From Pristiophorus japonicus (lineage: Eukaryota): DNA of 64,000 nucleotides. A model generated the notes under the pieces. It saw nothing but the letters and a program-made list of their open reading frames with translations. It was not told the DNA's origin and did not search any database. The stretch is from NCBI RefSeq assembly GCF_044704955.1, contig NC_091977.1, positions 492,714,001 through 492,778,000 of the forward strand, read 5' to 3'. Numbering within the stretch: position 1 is the first letter of the stretch; every line of letters begins with the position of its first letter. Shown here one piece after another: positions 50,290-62,209 of the stretch. The translations under genes and the position numbers were made by a program.

Positions 50290-53200
50290 ACACTCCCCAC
50301 CCCCTCCACCCCAAAGTCAATAGTGTAACTATTTACAATGTGAGTCGAGCTGAGGCCCTTCTTGCCCTGGTTGATCGTCTCGTGTGAAATCTGATGTTGT
50401 TGAATCATTTGTTGGGCCCTCGCTGGGCTGCCTGGTGTGTTGGGCCCTGTGGGGCTGCTGTGAATGATGAGTTCTGCTTCGTGGTCAATCGTGGTGCTGC
50501 TTGCCACTGGTGTGTATGTTGGGGGATCAAAAAAGGTAGGGTTCAAGGTGGGTTGCTCAGGGTAGTCCGTGAATCTGAGTTTAATTTGGTCCAAGTGTTT
50601 CTGGTGAATGAGTCCATTTGAAAGTTTGACCTGAAACACCCTGCTCCCCTCTTTGGCCATGACAGTGCCGGGAAGCCACTTGGGACCTTGTCCATAATTT
50701 AATACAAATACAGGATCATTGATTTCAATCTCGTGTGACACATTTGCGCTATCATGGTATGCACTTTGTTGAAGCCGCCTGCTCTCTACCTGTTCATGTA
50801 GATCAGGGTGAACTAACGAGAGCCTTGTCTTAAGTGCTCTTTTCATGAGCAGTTCAGCAGGTGGGATCCCAGTGAGTGAGTGGGTCTCGTGCGGTGGCTA
50901 AGCAGGACTCGGGATAGACGAGTCTGCAGTGAGCCTTCAGTTACCCTCTTCAAGACTTGCTTGATGGTTTGCACTGCTCTCTCTGCCTGACCATTGGCGC
51001 TGGTTTAAATAGGGCAGATGTGACATGTTTTATCATGAATTCTTTGAGCTCAGCACTGGGAAAACATGGCTCATTGTCGCTCACCAGGACATCGGGCAAG
51101 CCGTGTAGGGCAAACATGGCCCGCAGGCTTTCAGTAGTGGCAGCGGACGCGCTAGCCAACATTATCTCACATTCAATCCACTTTGAGTACGCGTCTACAA
51201 CCACAAGGAACATTTTACCCAAGAACGAGCCTGCATAGTCGACGTGTAACCTAGACCACGGTTTGGATGGCCAAGACTATAAACTTAGCGGCGCTTCCCT
51301 GGGTACATTGCTTAACTGCGAGCATGTATTATATCTGTGAACGCAGGACTCTAAGTCCGCATTGATACCGGGCCACCACACATGGGATCTGGCTATCGCT
51401 TTCATCATTACGATGTCTGGATGGGTACTGTGGAGGTCATTGATGAAGGTGTCTCTGTCCTTCTTGGGGACCACTACTCGATTGCCCCACAGAAGGTAGT
51501 CTGCCTGTATAGACATTTCATCATTGCGCCGCTGGAACGGCCTTATCTCTTCCTGCATTTCCACTGGGACTCTGGACCAGCTCCCATGAAGCACACAGCT
51601 TTTGACTAGAGATAATAAGGGGTCCTGGCTTTTCCAGATTTTGATCTGCCGGGCAGTGACCAGTGATTGCTCATTCTCAAATGCTTCCATAAGCATGGCT
51701 AGATCTGCGGACTGTGCTATTTCCACCCCCGTGGTGGGCAATGGCAGCCTACTGAGAGCATCGGCACAGTTTTCTGTGCCTGGCCTGTGGCGGATGGCAA
51801 AGTTGTATGCGGACAACGTGAGCGCCCATCTCTGGATGTGGGCCGATGCTTTGGTTTTTATCCCTTTACTCTCGGAAAGCAGAGATATAAGAGGCTTATG
51901 GTCAGTTTCCAATTCAAATTTTAGCCCAAACAGGTATTGATGCATTTTCTTTACCCCATAGACACATGCTAACGCTTCTTTTTCAATCATGCTGTAGGCT
52001 CTCTCAGCTTTAGACAGACTCCTGAATGCATAAGCAACCGGTTGCAGTTTCCCCAAATCATTAGCTTGTTGCAATTCACACCCGACGCCATATGACGATG
52101 CATCACATGCTAGTACAAAACGCTTACATGGATCATACAACACAAGCAATTTGTTTGAGCATAACAATTTTCTCGCTTTTACAAAGGCATTTTATTGGCT
52201 TTTGCTCCAAACCCATTCGCCCCCTTTTCGTAGTGGTTCTAGCAGTGTTCTGAGACCCGGTAAGAAGTTACCGAAATAGTTCAAGAGTCCCAGAAACGAC
52301 CGCAGCTCCGTCACGTTCTGTGGCCTCGGTGCGTTCTCGATTGCCTCCGTCTTCATGTTGGTGGGCCTGCTGCCGTCCGCCGCAATCCTCCTTCCCAAGA
52401 ACTCCACTTCAGAGGCCAGGAAAATGTACTTTGAGTGTTTTAACCTGAGCCCCACGCGGTTCAGTCGACTAAGAACCTCCTCCAGGTTTTGCAGGTGCTC
52501 GACTGTGATCCGACCTGCGACCAAGATGTGCAGGATCGACTTCAGTAAGCTTTCCATGTTTCTCTGGAATATCGCTGCCACTGATCGGATTCGAAACGGG
52601 CACCTGTTATAAACAAAAAGACCCTTGTGCGTGTTGATGCAGGTGAGGGCCTTCGATGATTCCTCCAGTTCCTGCATCATGTAGGCTGAAGTCAGATCCA
52701 GCTTCGTGAATGTCTTTCCTCCCGCCAGCGTTGTAAAGAGGTCGTCGGTCTTTGGTAGTGGGTATTGGTCCTGTACGGAGAAACGATTGATAGTTACTTT
52801 GTAATCACCACAAATTCTGACGGTGTCGTCTCCCTTGAGGACTGGGACAATAGGACTGGCACACTCGCTGAACTCGATCGGTGAAATGATGCCCTCTCTT
52901 TGCAGCCGGTCGAGCTCGATCTCTACCCTTTCTCTCATCATGTACGGTACTGCTCTCGCCTTATGATGGATGGGTCGCGCCCCTGGGATTAGGTGGATCT
53001 GCACTTTTGCTCCTTGGAATTTCCTGATGCCTGGTTCGAACAGAGAAGGAAATTTGTTTAAGACTTGGGCACACGAAGTGTCGTCAGCAGGCGATAGTGC
53101 TTGGACGTTGTCTCAGCTCCAGCGTATCTTTCCCAGCCAGCTCCTGCTGAGCATCGTGGGACCATCGCCCGGTACCACCCAGAGTGGTAGCTTGTGCACT

Positions 53201-54375
53201 GATCCATCATAGGAGACCTTTACGGTAGCATTGCCGATTACAGGAATCAGTCCTTTTGTGTAAGTTCTTAGTTTCGTGTGAACTGGAGTTAAGACTGTCC
53301 TTGAGGCCTTGTTGCACCACAACCTTTCGAAAGTCTTTTGCCCATGATGGACTGGCTCGTGCCCGTGTCCAGCTCCATTGGCACCGGGAGTCCATTTAGT
53401 TCAACATTCAGCATTATCGGGGGACAATTCGTGGTGAATGTGTGCACCCCATTTACCTCTGCCTCCTCTATCAGAGGCTCTGGTTCGTCGTGATCCTCCG
53501 TGGATCAGTCCTCCTCTGCAGCATGGTGGTTTGCAGATTTAACAGAGTTTGCAGCTCGCCTGCACATTCGTTGGAGGTATCCCATTGTTCCACAGACCTT
53601 GCAAATGTACTCTTTGAATTGGCATGAATGGAAACGATGATCACCCCGCAGCGCCAACAAGGTGTTAATGGCCTTGTATTCATCATCTTTGATGATTGAT
53701 TCTGAGTCATCTGCGGACGTGCAGCTGCAGGTATGTGTGACCTGCCCTGTACGTTACGATTTGAAAACAACATCACTTTGTTCACAATACTTGTAGCAGC
53801 ACTTGTATGCTGAGAGATTTGCTTCGTATTGTCACTGGTGGCAATGAATGCCTGGGCTATCGCTATGGCCTTACTCAAGGTTGGGGTCTCTACAGTCAAA
53901 AGTTTGCGAAGTATGGTTTCCTGGCCAATGCCAAGTACGAAAAAGTCTCTGAGCACATGCTCCAAATATCCTTCAAATTTGCAATGTCCTGCAAGGCATC
54001 TTGGCTTGGCGACATAACTCACCATTTCCTGGCCTTCAGACCTTTTGTAGGTGTTGAACCGTTACCTCGCCATCAAAACGCTTTCCTTCGGGTTCAGATG
54101 CTCTCGGACCGTGTGCACAAATCATCGTAGGATTTCTCCGTGGGTTTTGCTGGAGTGAACAGATTCTTCATGAGGCCATATGTTGATGCCCCACAGACGG
54201 TGAGGAGGATCGCCCTTCGTTTGGCAGCGCTCTCTTCCCCATCAAGCTCGTTGGCCACGAAGTATTGGTTGAGTCGCTCCACAAAAGTTTCCCAATCATC
54301 TCCCTCCGAAAATTTCTCCAGGCTGCCCACTGTTCTCTGCATCTTTGGGTTTGCTATCTGTATCTCGTCGCCAGT

Positions 54376-54587
54376 TGTTGTGTATGGAGAAAGAGTCAGA
54401 CTGAACACTGTGAGCTCAAAGTAAAGTGTGACCTTAGTCTTTTATTGCAGGTCTCCAGAGTGCCTCTCCAACCTGTGAAGCCTCCTTAAATACTTGTGCT
54501 CCCAAGGGATTATGGGATCCCTTGGGACTCCAGGGGATGAGCCCTCTGGTGACTGTACAGAGTAACTACAAGTCCACATATATAACA
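54376..54587 (-). repeat. 5' LTR of the Gypsy element
   Basis: About 7 mismatches to the 3' LTR over 212 bp; followed on the minus strand by PBS TGGCGACGAG (54364-54373), complementary to the 3' end of tRNA-Ser(GCU). Confidence 0.95.
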
Positions 54588-55664
54588 ACGTGCACATCAG
54601 TGTTGTACTGGAACCTGCGTCCCTGTGGTTACAAATTAATTTAATAACAATTGGGACACTTTACATGGGCCTGTTGTAAGGTGGTTAGGGGACCCAGTGG
54701 GAGGATTGTTGCAGTAATCTTGTGAATTAAAAACAGGCGAGTAGCTGTTTCTGTCCAATTACCTTTCTGCTGGAAAGCCTGTGCATGTGTAGACAGTATC
54801 AGGTTCCACCATGATGCCCACTTTTAGGTCTCCCATCTAAAAGTTGTTTAAAAAAAAACTCACCTCCTTGAATCACCACCCTCACTATAAAATAGCTTGC
54901 CAGTACTCATAGTTTGGTTGGGTTTGTGAGGAATAGCCACTTGGCTGAGGTACCAGAGACCTACGCAAACTTAGCATGTTTGGGAGATAGGAGAACATTG
55001 AAAGAAGTGAAAACTGGGAAACATTACCTTCAACATGTTACCACAGAAAAGCCACCAAACTCACACCTGTTGCTGAGGAGAAGTGTTGTAAACTAAATTT
55101 AGAATATCATTCTGCTGTGGTTTACTTGTCAGGAGTACAATCTGTTTACTCTACGCAGGTCAAAGTTTGTTATTGTGGTAAAGATTGATACCATTTGAGT
55201 AATAATTCCATTACATCACTTCCTGGGTGTAAATCTTGGTTTATCTCAGATGAGCCATTCGTTTTTTAAATCTTTCTTACAATGAATTCTGCGATGTTGC
55301 GCGCAAATATTACTGGAAATATCACAGCGGATGGATAACACTTGTCGGGGTGGATTAAAGAAGTGTCAGTTTGTGGGAGCCATTTACATTCTGTTTCAAC
55401 TGGATTGTGTGATGGAGGCCAAAAGCCTCAGTACCCTGAAGTCACTGCCAAAAAAATGTACTTCTCCCTTGCCCAACAAGAGGAGCGTATCAAAACTAAA
55501 GTAAATAATCTTAAAAATAATGATAATAGAGGCTAGGAAATGTGAGCTCTGAACTTGAGGTCACAGGTTTAAAACTAAATAAAACATAAAGCTAGATAAA
55601 CACACATACACACACGCAAAATAACAGACACAAGAAAAGACTCCCTAGAAAGGAAGAATGAAAG

Positions 55665-55990
55665 AAAGAAAGACGGACAAATTTATATAATGTCTTTCAC
55701 AACATCAGAATGTCCTAAAGCACTTTGCTTATAAAGTATTTTTGAAATGTAGTCACTATTGTAATGTAGGAAATGTGGCAAGGCAAATTGCGCACAGCTA
55801 GGTTCCACAAACAGCAATATGATAATGACCATATGACCATATGATCTGGTTTAGTGATGTTGGTTGAAGGATAAATATTGGCCAGGATTGCAGGGAGAAT
55901 TCCCATGCTCTTCTTTGAATAATGCCATGGGATCTTTTACAACCACCTGAAGGAACAGACAGAGCCTCGGTTTAACATCTTATCCGAAAA
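55665..55990 (-). mobile_element. SINE core/tail fragment
   Basis: Matches the 25677-26145 family (gataaatattggccagg, ggtttaacatct). Confidence 0.75.
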
Positions 55991-56484
55991 TGATTGGGGT
56001 AGAGTCCATGATGGGCAGATTGTACATATTCTGTGGAAAGAGTGAGCTTGGTGGGCCAAGTGGCCTTGTAATGTTCCAGGCTTTCTCATGTTAATCATAA
56101 TTCTTTTGCAACAATATAGTTTTCAAAAAAGGATATCAAATGGTTAAGACTACTGTATAAATCTCTAATTTCAGATTTCATATTTTATGGAAATGCTATT
56201 TATTATTCTTGTAGAGTGGGAGAGGAAGTGGCTGCAGTGTTCTAGCCAGCTTTGTGATGATATATAGAGATATTCTTGGCCATTTGTGCTTATAGGGAAC
56301 ATTAAGCATTCAAACATCTTGCAGGTATCAGTTTCATAATCGTATTTGTTTGACCCTGTCAATGTAGCGAGAGGACAACTCAACAAAGTTATCTTTCTTC
56401 AAAGAACTGCAGTAAGCAAAAAATGTTTCAAAAACAAAACCATACCATTCACGTCATAACCATCTTGCACTTGCTATAGAAACT

Positions 56485-56825
56485 GTAAAGATTTATGTTT
56501 ACATAGCACTTTATTGCGTCACGTGTATATTCTTCACATACAGTTTAACTTTGAAACAGAGAGACTGTTGCTATGCAGGCTGACATGGCAGCCGTTTTGC
56601 ATACAACAAGATCCAAGAAACAATAATGAGATGAATGACTGAATATTGTTTACTTTGGTGGTTTTGTTTGGGGGAAGACTTTTGGTGAGGATGTAGGAAG
56701 AACTCCCTGTTCTTATTTCAAAGAGTTCACCAGAAGTGGCAGCCAGGGCCTTGGTTTAATATCTCATCTGAAAGTTGGCACTGCTGATAATACCACATGC
56801 TCTCAGTGCTGCACTGGAGTGCTCC
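56485..56825 (-). mobile_element. Degraded SINE fragment
   Basis: ggtttaatatctcatctgaaag...ctgcactggagtg core. Confidence 0.6.
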
Positions 56826-57184
56826 AGTCTTGGAGTGGGGATACTTTCAGAGGGTTTCCACTATACGTCAGTTCTGGGATTAGAGATATCTCCCTCTATA
56901 TTTGGTCTGTTCCTGAGTTGCTGTGATTGCTGTCTCACTGCCAAGTCATCCAGCCCTTCAACATCAGATGTCTGTCTGAACAGTCTAATGAATTGAAATT
57001 CCTAACTTTTTAAAGAATTTATATGCTGAAAGGCTCAGCCAGGCACCCAGGAATTTGCTTCAGGCATGAGAAACAATATTAAAACAGAGCTCCACTATAA
57101 ATCAGTTATAATGGATTAGCTCACCTAAATTACATAATACCAGGACCTTTAGCATAAGGGGCCAGGATCTACTTTAAAGAGAGA

Positions 57185-57855
57185 GGGGCTGAAATTCAGG
57201 TTCCAGATAAAGCCCTTTTCTGCCGTTTTGCGGCGGAGAGGCGGCGGAATCGAGTGGCCGCCGCGTTGCAGTCCAATGGCTGCCCCGACCCAAATTCAGG
57301 TCAGGGGTTTTTCGGCTTGTCCCCACTTCCGGCCTGCAAATGCGCCATCAGAACGTGCACCGCCAATCTCCCGCACCTCCAGAATGCTCCGTCCGGAATT
57401 TAGTGAAAGAAATCGTTGCTCCGCCGCACAGTGCCCCCAACAGCTTTCTCTGCCGGTGCACCTTATCCCGTGTGTGTGCGGCCCGGCAGCGCGGTGGCCC
57501 TTCAAGGGGAGGGTGCACTGCCGCATCTTCTATGTTGTTATTTTTGCCGGACGACTTCCCGATCGGCCAGCAAAATAGTGGCCCTGGGTTTGCCCGATTC
57601 TCTCCCCTTTAACGGAGAGGAGAGAGCGTGGTGAAGCACACGCGATGTGATGTCACCACCGCTGATCCCACTCCATCTTCCGCCCCTCAGCAGGACTTAC
57701 CGCCACACCTCCGCCCCCATTATGACCGACTTCCGGTCGGACGGCAAAAAAAGTACAAAGTCCCGAAAATGTTCCGCCTCAACGCTCCCGGCGGAAAAAG
57801 CTTCCAAAAAAAAGGTAGGTACGCCAGCTTTCTGGCAGTCCTGAATTCCTGCCCC
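57185..57855. mobile_element. Harbinger-type MITE
   Basis: GGGGCTGAAATTCAGG...CCTGAATTCCTGCCCC with a perfect 3-bp TSD AGA. Confidence 0.85.
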
Positions 57856-60343
57856 AGAGTCTCCCCATCAAAATTTTTCTTAAAGAGGGTTTCACCATGC
57901 AGATCCTTTTTAGAAACAGAATCATGCCACCATAACCATTCTTAAATAAAGTGGTGTACCATCTGAGCCTCTTTCAATAAGGAAGCAACACCATCTGGTC
58001 TCCTTTCAAAAAAGAAATGTTCACCATTAGGCACTTTCTAAAAAAAATTCTGTGGATATCCTTTTAAAAAGGGGACCCCCCCTTTAAAGTGAGTGTTTAG
58101 TATTGGACATGTCTTCCTTTTAACAAAAGAGATAATTCAGGGTTGTTGTGTCTACTTGTGTGGGCTAACTATAAGCTGATTTTCAAAACTTTTAGGTACT
58201 TTTAGTTCCAGTGCACTGAGGAATATTGGGCACCCACTCCCCATGTGACTGAATGGGAGGCCTGAAGCACTTGAGGTGTCCTACATACCCCAGTGGTGTT
58301 GAAGACAAGTGAGACTGGGACCCATGCACAAACCAGGCACCAGGCTCATTAGACCTCTGACTTTGATGTAAATAAGGTTCCATTTCATATTACAACTGGA
58401 GTGCCCAAGCAGCACTCCCCTGGCTTACATAAGTACATAAGAAATAGGAGCAGGAGTAGGCCATTTGGCCACTCGAAGCTGCTCTACCATTCAATAAGAT
58501 CATGGCTGATCTGATCTTGGCCTCAACTCCACTTCCCTGCCCGCTTCCCATAACCCTTCACTTCCTTATCATTCAAAAATCTGTCTATCTCCACCTTAAA
58601 TATATTCAATGACCCATCCTCCACAGCTCTCTGGGGTAGAGAATTCCAAAGATTCACGAGAAGAAATTCCTCCTCATTTCCATTTTAAATGGGCGACCCC
58701 TTATTTTTAAGCTAAGCCCCCCCCAGTTCTAGATTACCCCATGAGGGGAAACATCCTCTCTGCATCTGGCGTGTCAAACCCCCTCAGAATCTTATATGTT
58801 TCAGTAAGATCGCCCCTCATTCTTCTAAACTCCAATGCTCAATCTTTCTTCATAAGACAACCCCTTCATCTCAGGAATCAACCTCGTGAACCTTTTCTGA
58901 ACTGCCTCCAATGAAAATATATCCCTCCTTAAATAAGGAGACCAAAACTGCATGCAGTACTCAAGGTGTGGTCTCACCAACGCCCTGTATAGTTGTAGCG
59001 GGTCTTCCCTACTTTTATACTCCATCCCCTTTGCAATAAAGGACAACATTCCATTTGCCTTCCTAATTAATTGCTGTACCTGCATGCTAACTTTTTGTGT
59101 TTCATGTACAAGGACCCCCAGATCCCTCTGTACCTCAGCACTTTGTAATCTCTCCCCATTTAAATAATAATTTGCTTTTTATATTTTTCCTTCCAAGGTG
59201 GATAACCTCACATTTTCCCACATCATACTCCATCTGCCAAATTTTTGCCCACTCACTTAGACTACCTAAATCCCTTTGCATATTCTTTCCGAACCTCCAT
59301 ACAACTTGCTTTCCCACCTACCTATGTATCATTAGCAAATTTTGCTACATTACACTCGGTCCCTTCATCCAAGTCATTAATATAGATTTTAAATAGTTGA
59401 GGTCCCTAGGGCAGCCCACTAGTTACAGTTAACCTGCCTGAAAATGACCCATTTATCCCGACTTTCTATTTTCAGTTAGATAGCCAATCCTCTATCCATG
59501 CTAATATATTACCCCCAACCCCTTGTGCTCTTATCTTGTGCAGTAACCTTTTATATAACATCAAATGCCTTCTGCAAATCCAAATACATGACATCTGCTG
59601 GTTCACCTTTATCCACCCTGTTCATTACATCCTTAAAGAACTCCAGCAAACTTATCAAACATGCTTTCCCTTTCATAAAACCATGCTGACTCTGTTTGAC
59701 TGTGTTCTGATTTTCTAAATGTCCTGCTACTACTTCTTTAATAATGGACTCCAGCATTTTCCCAATAACAGATGTTAGGCTAACTGGTCTATAGCTTCCT
59801 GCTTTCTGTCTCCCTCCTTTCTTAAATAGGAGAATTACATTTGCAGTTTTCCAATCTGCTGGGACCTCTCCAGAATCCTGGGAATTTTGGTAGATTACAA
59901 CCAATGCATCCACTATCGCTGCAGCCACTTCTTTTAAGACCCTCGGATGCAGGCCATCAGGTCCAGGGGACATGTTTACCTTTAGTCCCATTAGTTTACC
60001 TAGTACTTTATCTCTAGTGATAGTGATTGTTTTAAGCTCCCTCCTCCCAATAGCCCCCTGATTATCAAATATTGGGATGCTCCTCTACGGTGAAAACCAA
60101 TACAAAATATTTGTTTAAAGTCTCTGCCATTTCCCTGTTTCCCATTATTAATTCCCCAATCTCATCCAATAAGGGATCAACGTTTACTTTAGTTATTCTT
60201 TTCCTTTTTTTAATACCTGTAGAAGCTTCCAAAGTCTGATTTCATATTTCTTGCTAGTTTACATTCATTAACTATATTCTCTCGCTTTATTATTTTTTTA
60301 GTCGTCCTTTGCTGGCCTTCCACTAGTTTTTGCAACATTGCAT

Positions 60344-61081
60344 GGGGTAGAAATTGCCCCACCCCCCAGCCGAAATGGGGCACTCCCACCCCGTTTTGAT
60401 GGTTTTTACCGCAGCTGCGGTTCAGGTCGCCTTTTGAGCGATATTCGGCTCTTTGGTTATTTTTGTTTTGATCTGGAAGTTGGTCTTAATGGGGGCGGTG
60501 ACTACACCTGAGGGGCAAAAACACAGTGGTGTCAGCAACTGAGGGGCGTAAGTTGGGTGCAGAGCGGAGTCACGATTTTAAAACATCGACCCACTGGGCC
60601 ACCAGGGAGAGTTTCGGCAGGGGCCAAGAGAGGGTGCCAGGCTGCTTGTTGGCAACCCGACCAAACCCAGGGACATAATTGTCGGGCCGACATACCAGTC
60701 GGCTGACAAAAAAAACAGGGTGGCAACGGCAGTGTGCCTTCCCCTTTAAGAGAAGTCGCACCGACGCTGCAGAAGGCCACAGCCTCACGGGACCACCGGG
60801 AAAAAGAATGTTTTGGCACTGCCGGGTGGACCGAAGATTTTCCATGGGGAATGTTGCCATCAGGGGTTTAGATCGGCGGTGCGCATGGTAATGACACGCT
60901 TAAGACAAATTGGCAGCAGTGGAGTGGTAAGGGGGGCATCGGGGCACCGCCGGGATGACCCGCGAGGGCAATTGGGCTAACAGCGGCCATTCCACCAAAA
61001 GTCAGCAGCCACTCCACTCCATAGCGTGGTCGCCGATTTGCAGTGGTAACAAGCCTTAAGGAAAGGGGCAATTTCGGCCAC
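60344..61081. mobile_element. Harbinger-type MITE
   Basis: GGGGTAGAAATTGCCCC...GGGGCAATTTCGGCCAC, flanks cat/gat, inside CR1 ORF2. Confidence 0.82.
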
Positions 61082-61238
61082 GATGCCTTTGTTTTCAATT
61101 TGATACCATCCTTTACTTCCTTAATTAGCCACGGATGGTTCATCTTCCCTTCGAGTCTTTCTTTCTCATTGGAATATATCTTTGCTGAGAGTTATGAAAT
61201 ATCTCCTCAAATGTTTGCCACTGCTTATCTACCGTCTT

Positions 61239-61414
61239 AGAAACATAGAAACATAGAAAATAGGTGCAGGAGTAGGCCATTCGGCCCTTCTAGCCTGCAC
61301 CGCCATTCAATGAGTTCATGGCTGAACATTCAACTTCAGTACCCAATTCCTGCTTTCTCGCCATACCCCTTGATCCCCCTAGTAGTAAGGACCTCATCTA
61401 ACTCCTTTTTGAAT
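61239..61414 (-). mobile_element. Young CR1 3' stub
   Basis: Nearly identical to 36745-36920. Confidence 0.93.
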
Positions 61415-62209
61415 ACCCTTTAATCTATTTTCCCAGTCCACTTTAGCCAATTCTGCCTTCATTCCTTTGTAATTGCCTTTATTTAAGTTCAGGACTAGTT
61501 TGAGACCTAGCTTTCTCACCCTCAAACTGAATTTGAAATTCTACCATACTATGATCACTCTTCCCAATAGGATCCTTTATTATGAGATCATCAATTAGTC
61601 TAGTCTCATTACTCATTATCAGATCTAAAATAGTCTGGTCCCTGGTTGGTTCCACAATGTATTTTTCTAAGAAACCATCCCGAATACAACCTATGAACTC
61701 TTCTTCAAGGTTACCCATGCCAATTTGATTTGACCAATCAATATGAAGATTAAAATCACCCATGATTATTGCCATACCTTTCTTACAAGCCTCTATTATT
61801 TCTTGATTTATACTCTGTCCTACAGTGCAGCTACTGTTAGGGGGCCTATAGATGACTCCCACCAGTGACTTATTTCCCTTATTTTTTTATCTCCACCCAA
61901 ACTGATTCTACATCTTGATCTTCTGTGCCAATATCATTTCTCACTACTGCACTGATCTCACTCATTATTATCAGGGCTACTCCATCTCCTTTTCCTTTCT
62001 GCCTATCCTTCCAAAATGTCAAATGCCCCTGAATATTCAGTTCCCAACCTTGGTCACCTTGCATCCAAGTCTCTGTAATGGTTATCAGATCAGACCCATT
62101 TATTTATATTTGTTCTGTCTACTCATCTATCTGGTTACAAATGCTGCATGCATTCAGATAAAGAGCTTTTAATTTTGGAAAATGCTGGTAATCTCAGCAG
62201 GTCAGGCAG

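Larger units (their letters stand above)
50078..54587 (-). mobile_element. Full-length Ty3/Gypsy LTR retrotransposon (gag-PR-RT-RH-IN), inactivated
   Basis: Two 212-bp LTRs; TSD aagtg/acgtg; gag (ERLNQYFVAN, CWRCG knuckle), protease ELDTG, RT (RICGDYK, KLDLTSAY), RNase H (CDASSYG, IEKEAL, ETDHKPL), integrase (VDAYSKW, VSDN); multiple frameshifts. Confidence 0.97.
58428..62172 (-). mobile_element. CR1 LINE with nearly all of ORF2, interrupted by a MITE and a young CR1 stub
   Basis: QGDQGWELNIQG, YRPP, MGDFN, SDH, PGPDGLHPRVL, SQHGF, LEYCMQFWSP. Confidence 0.93.
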
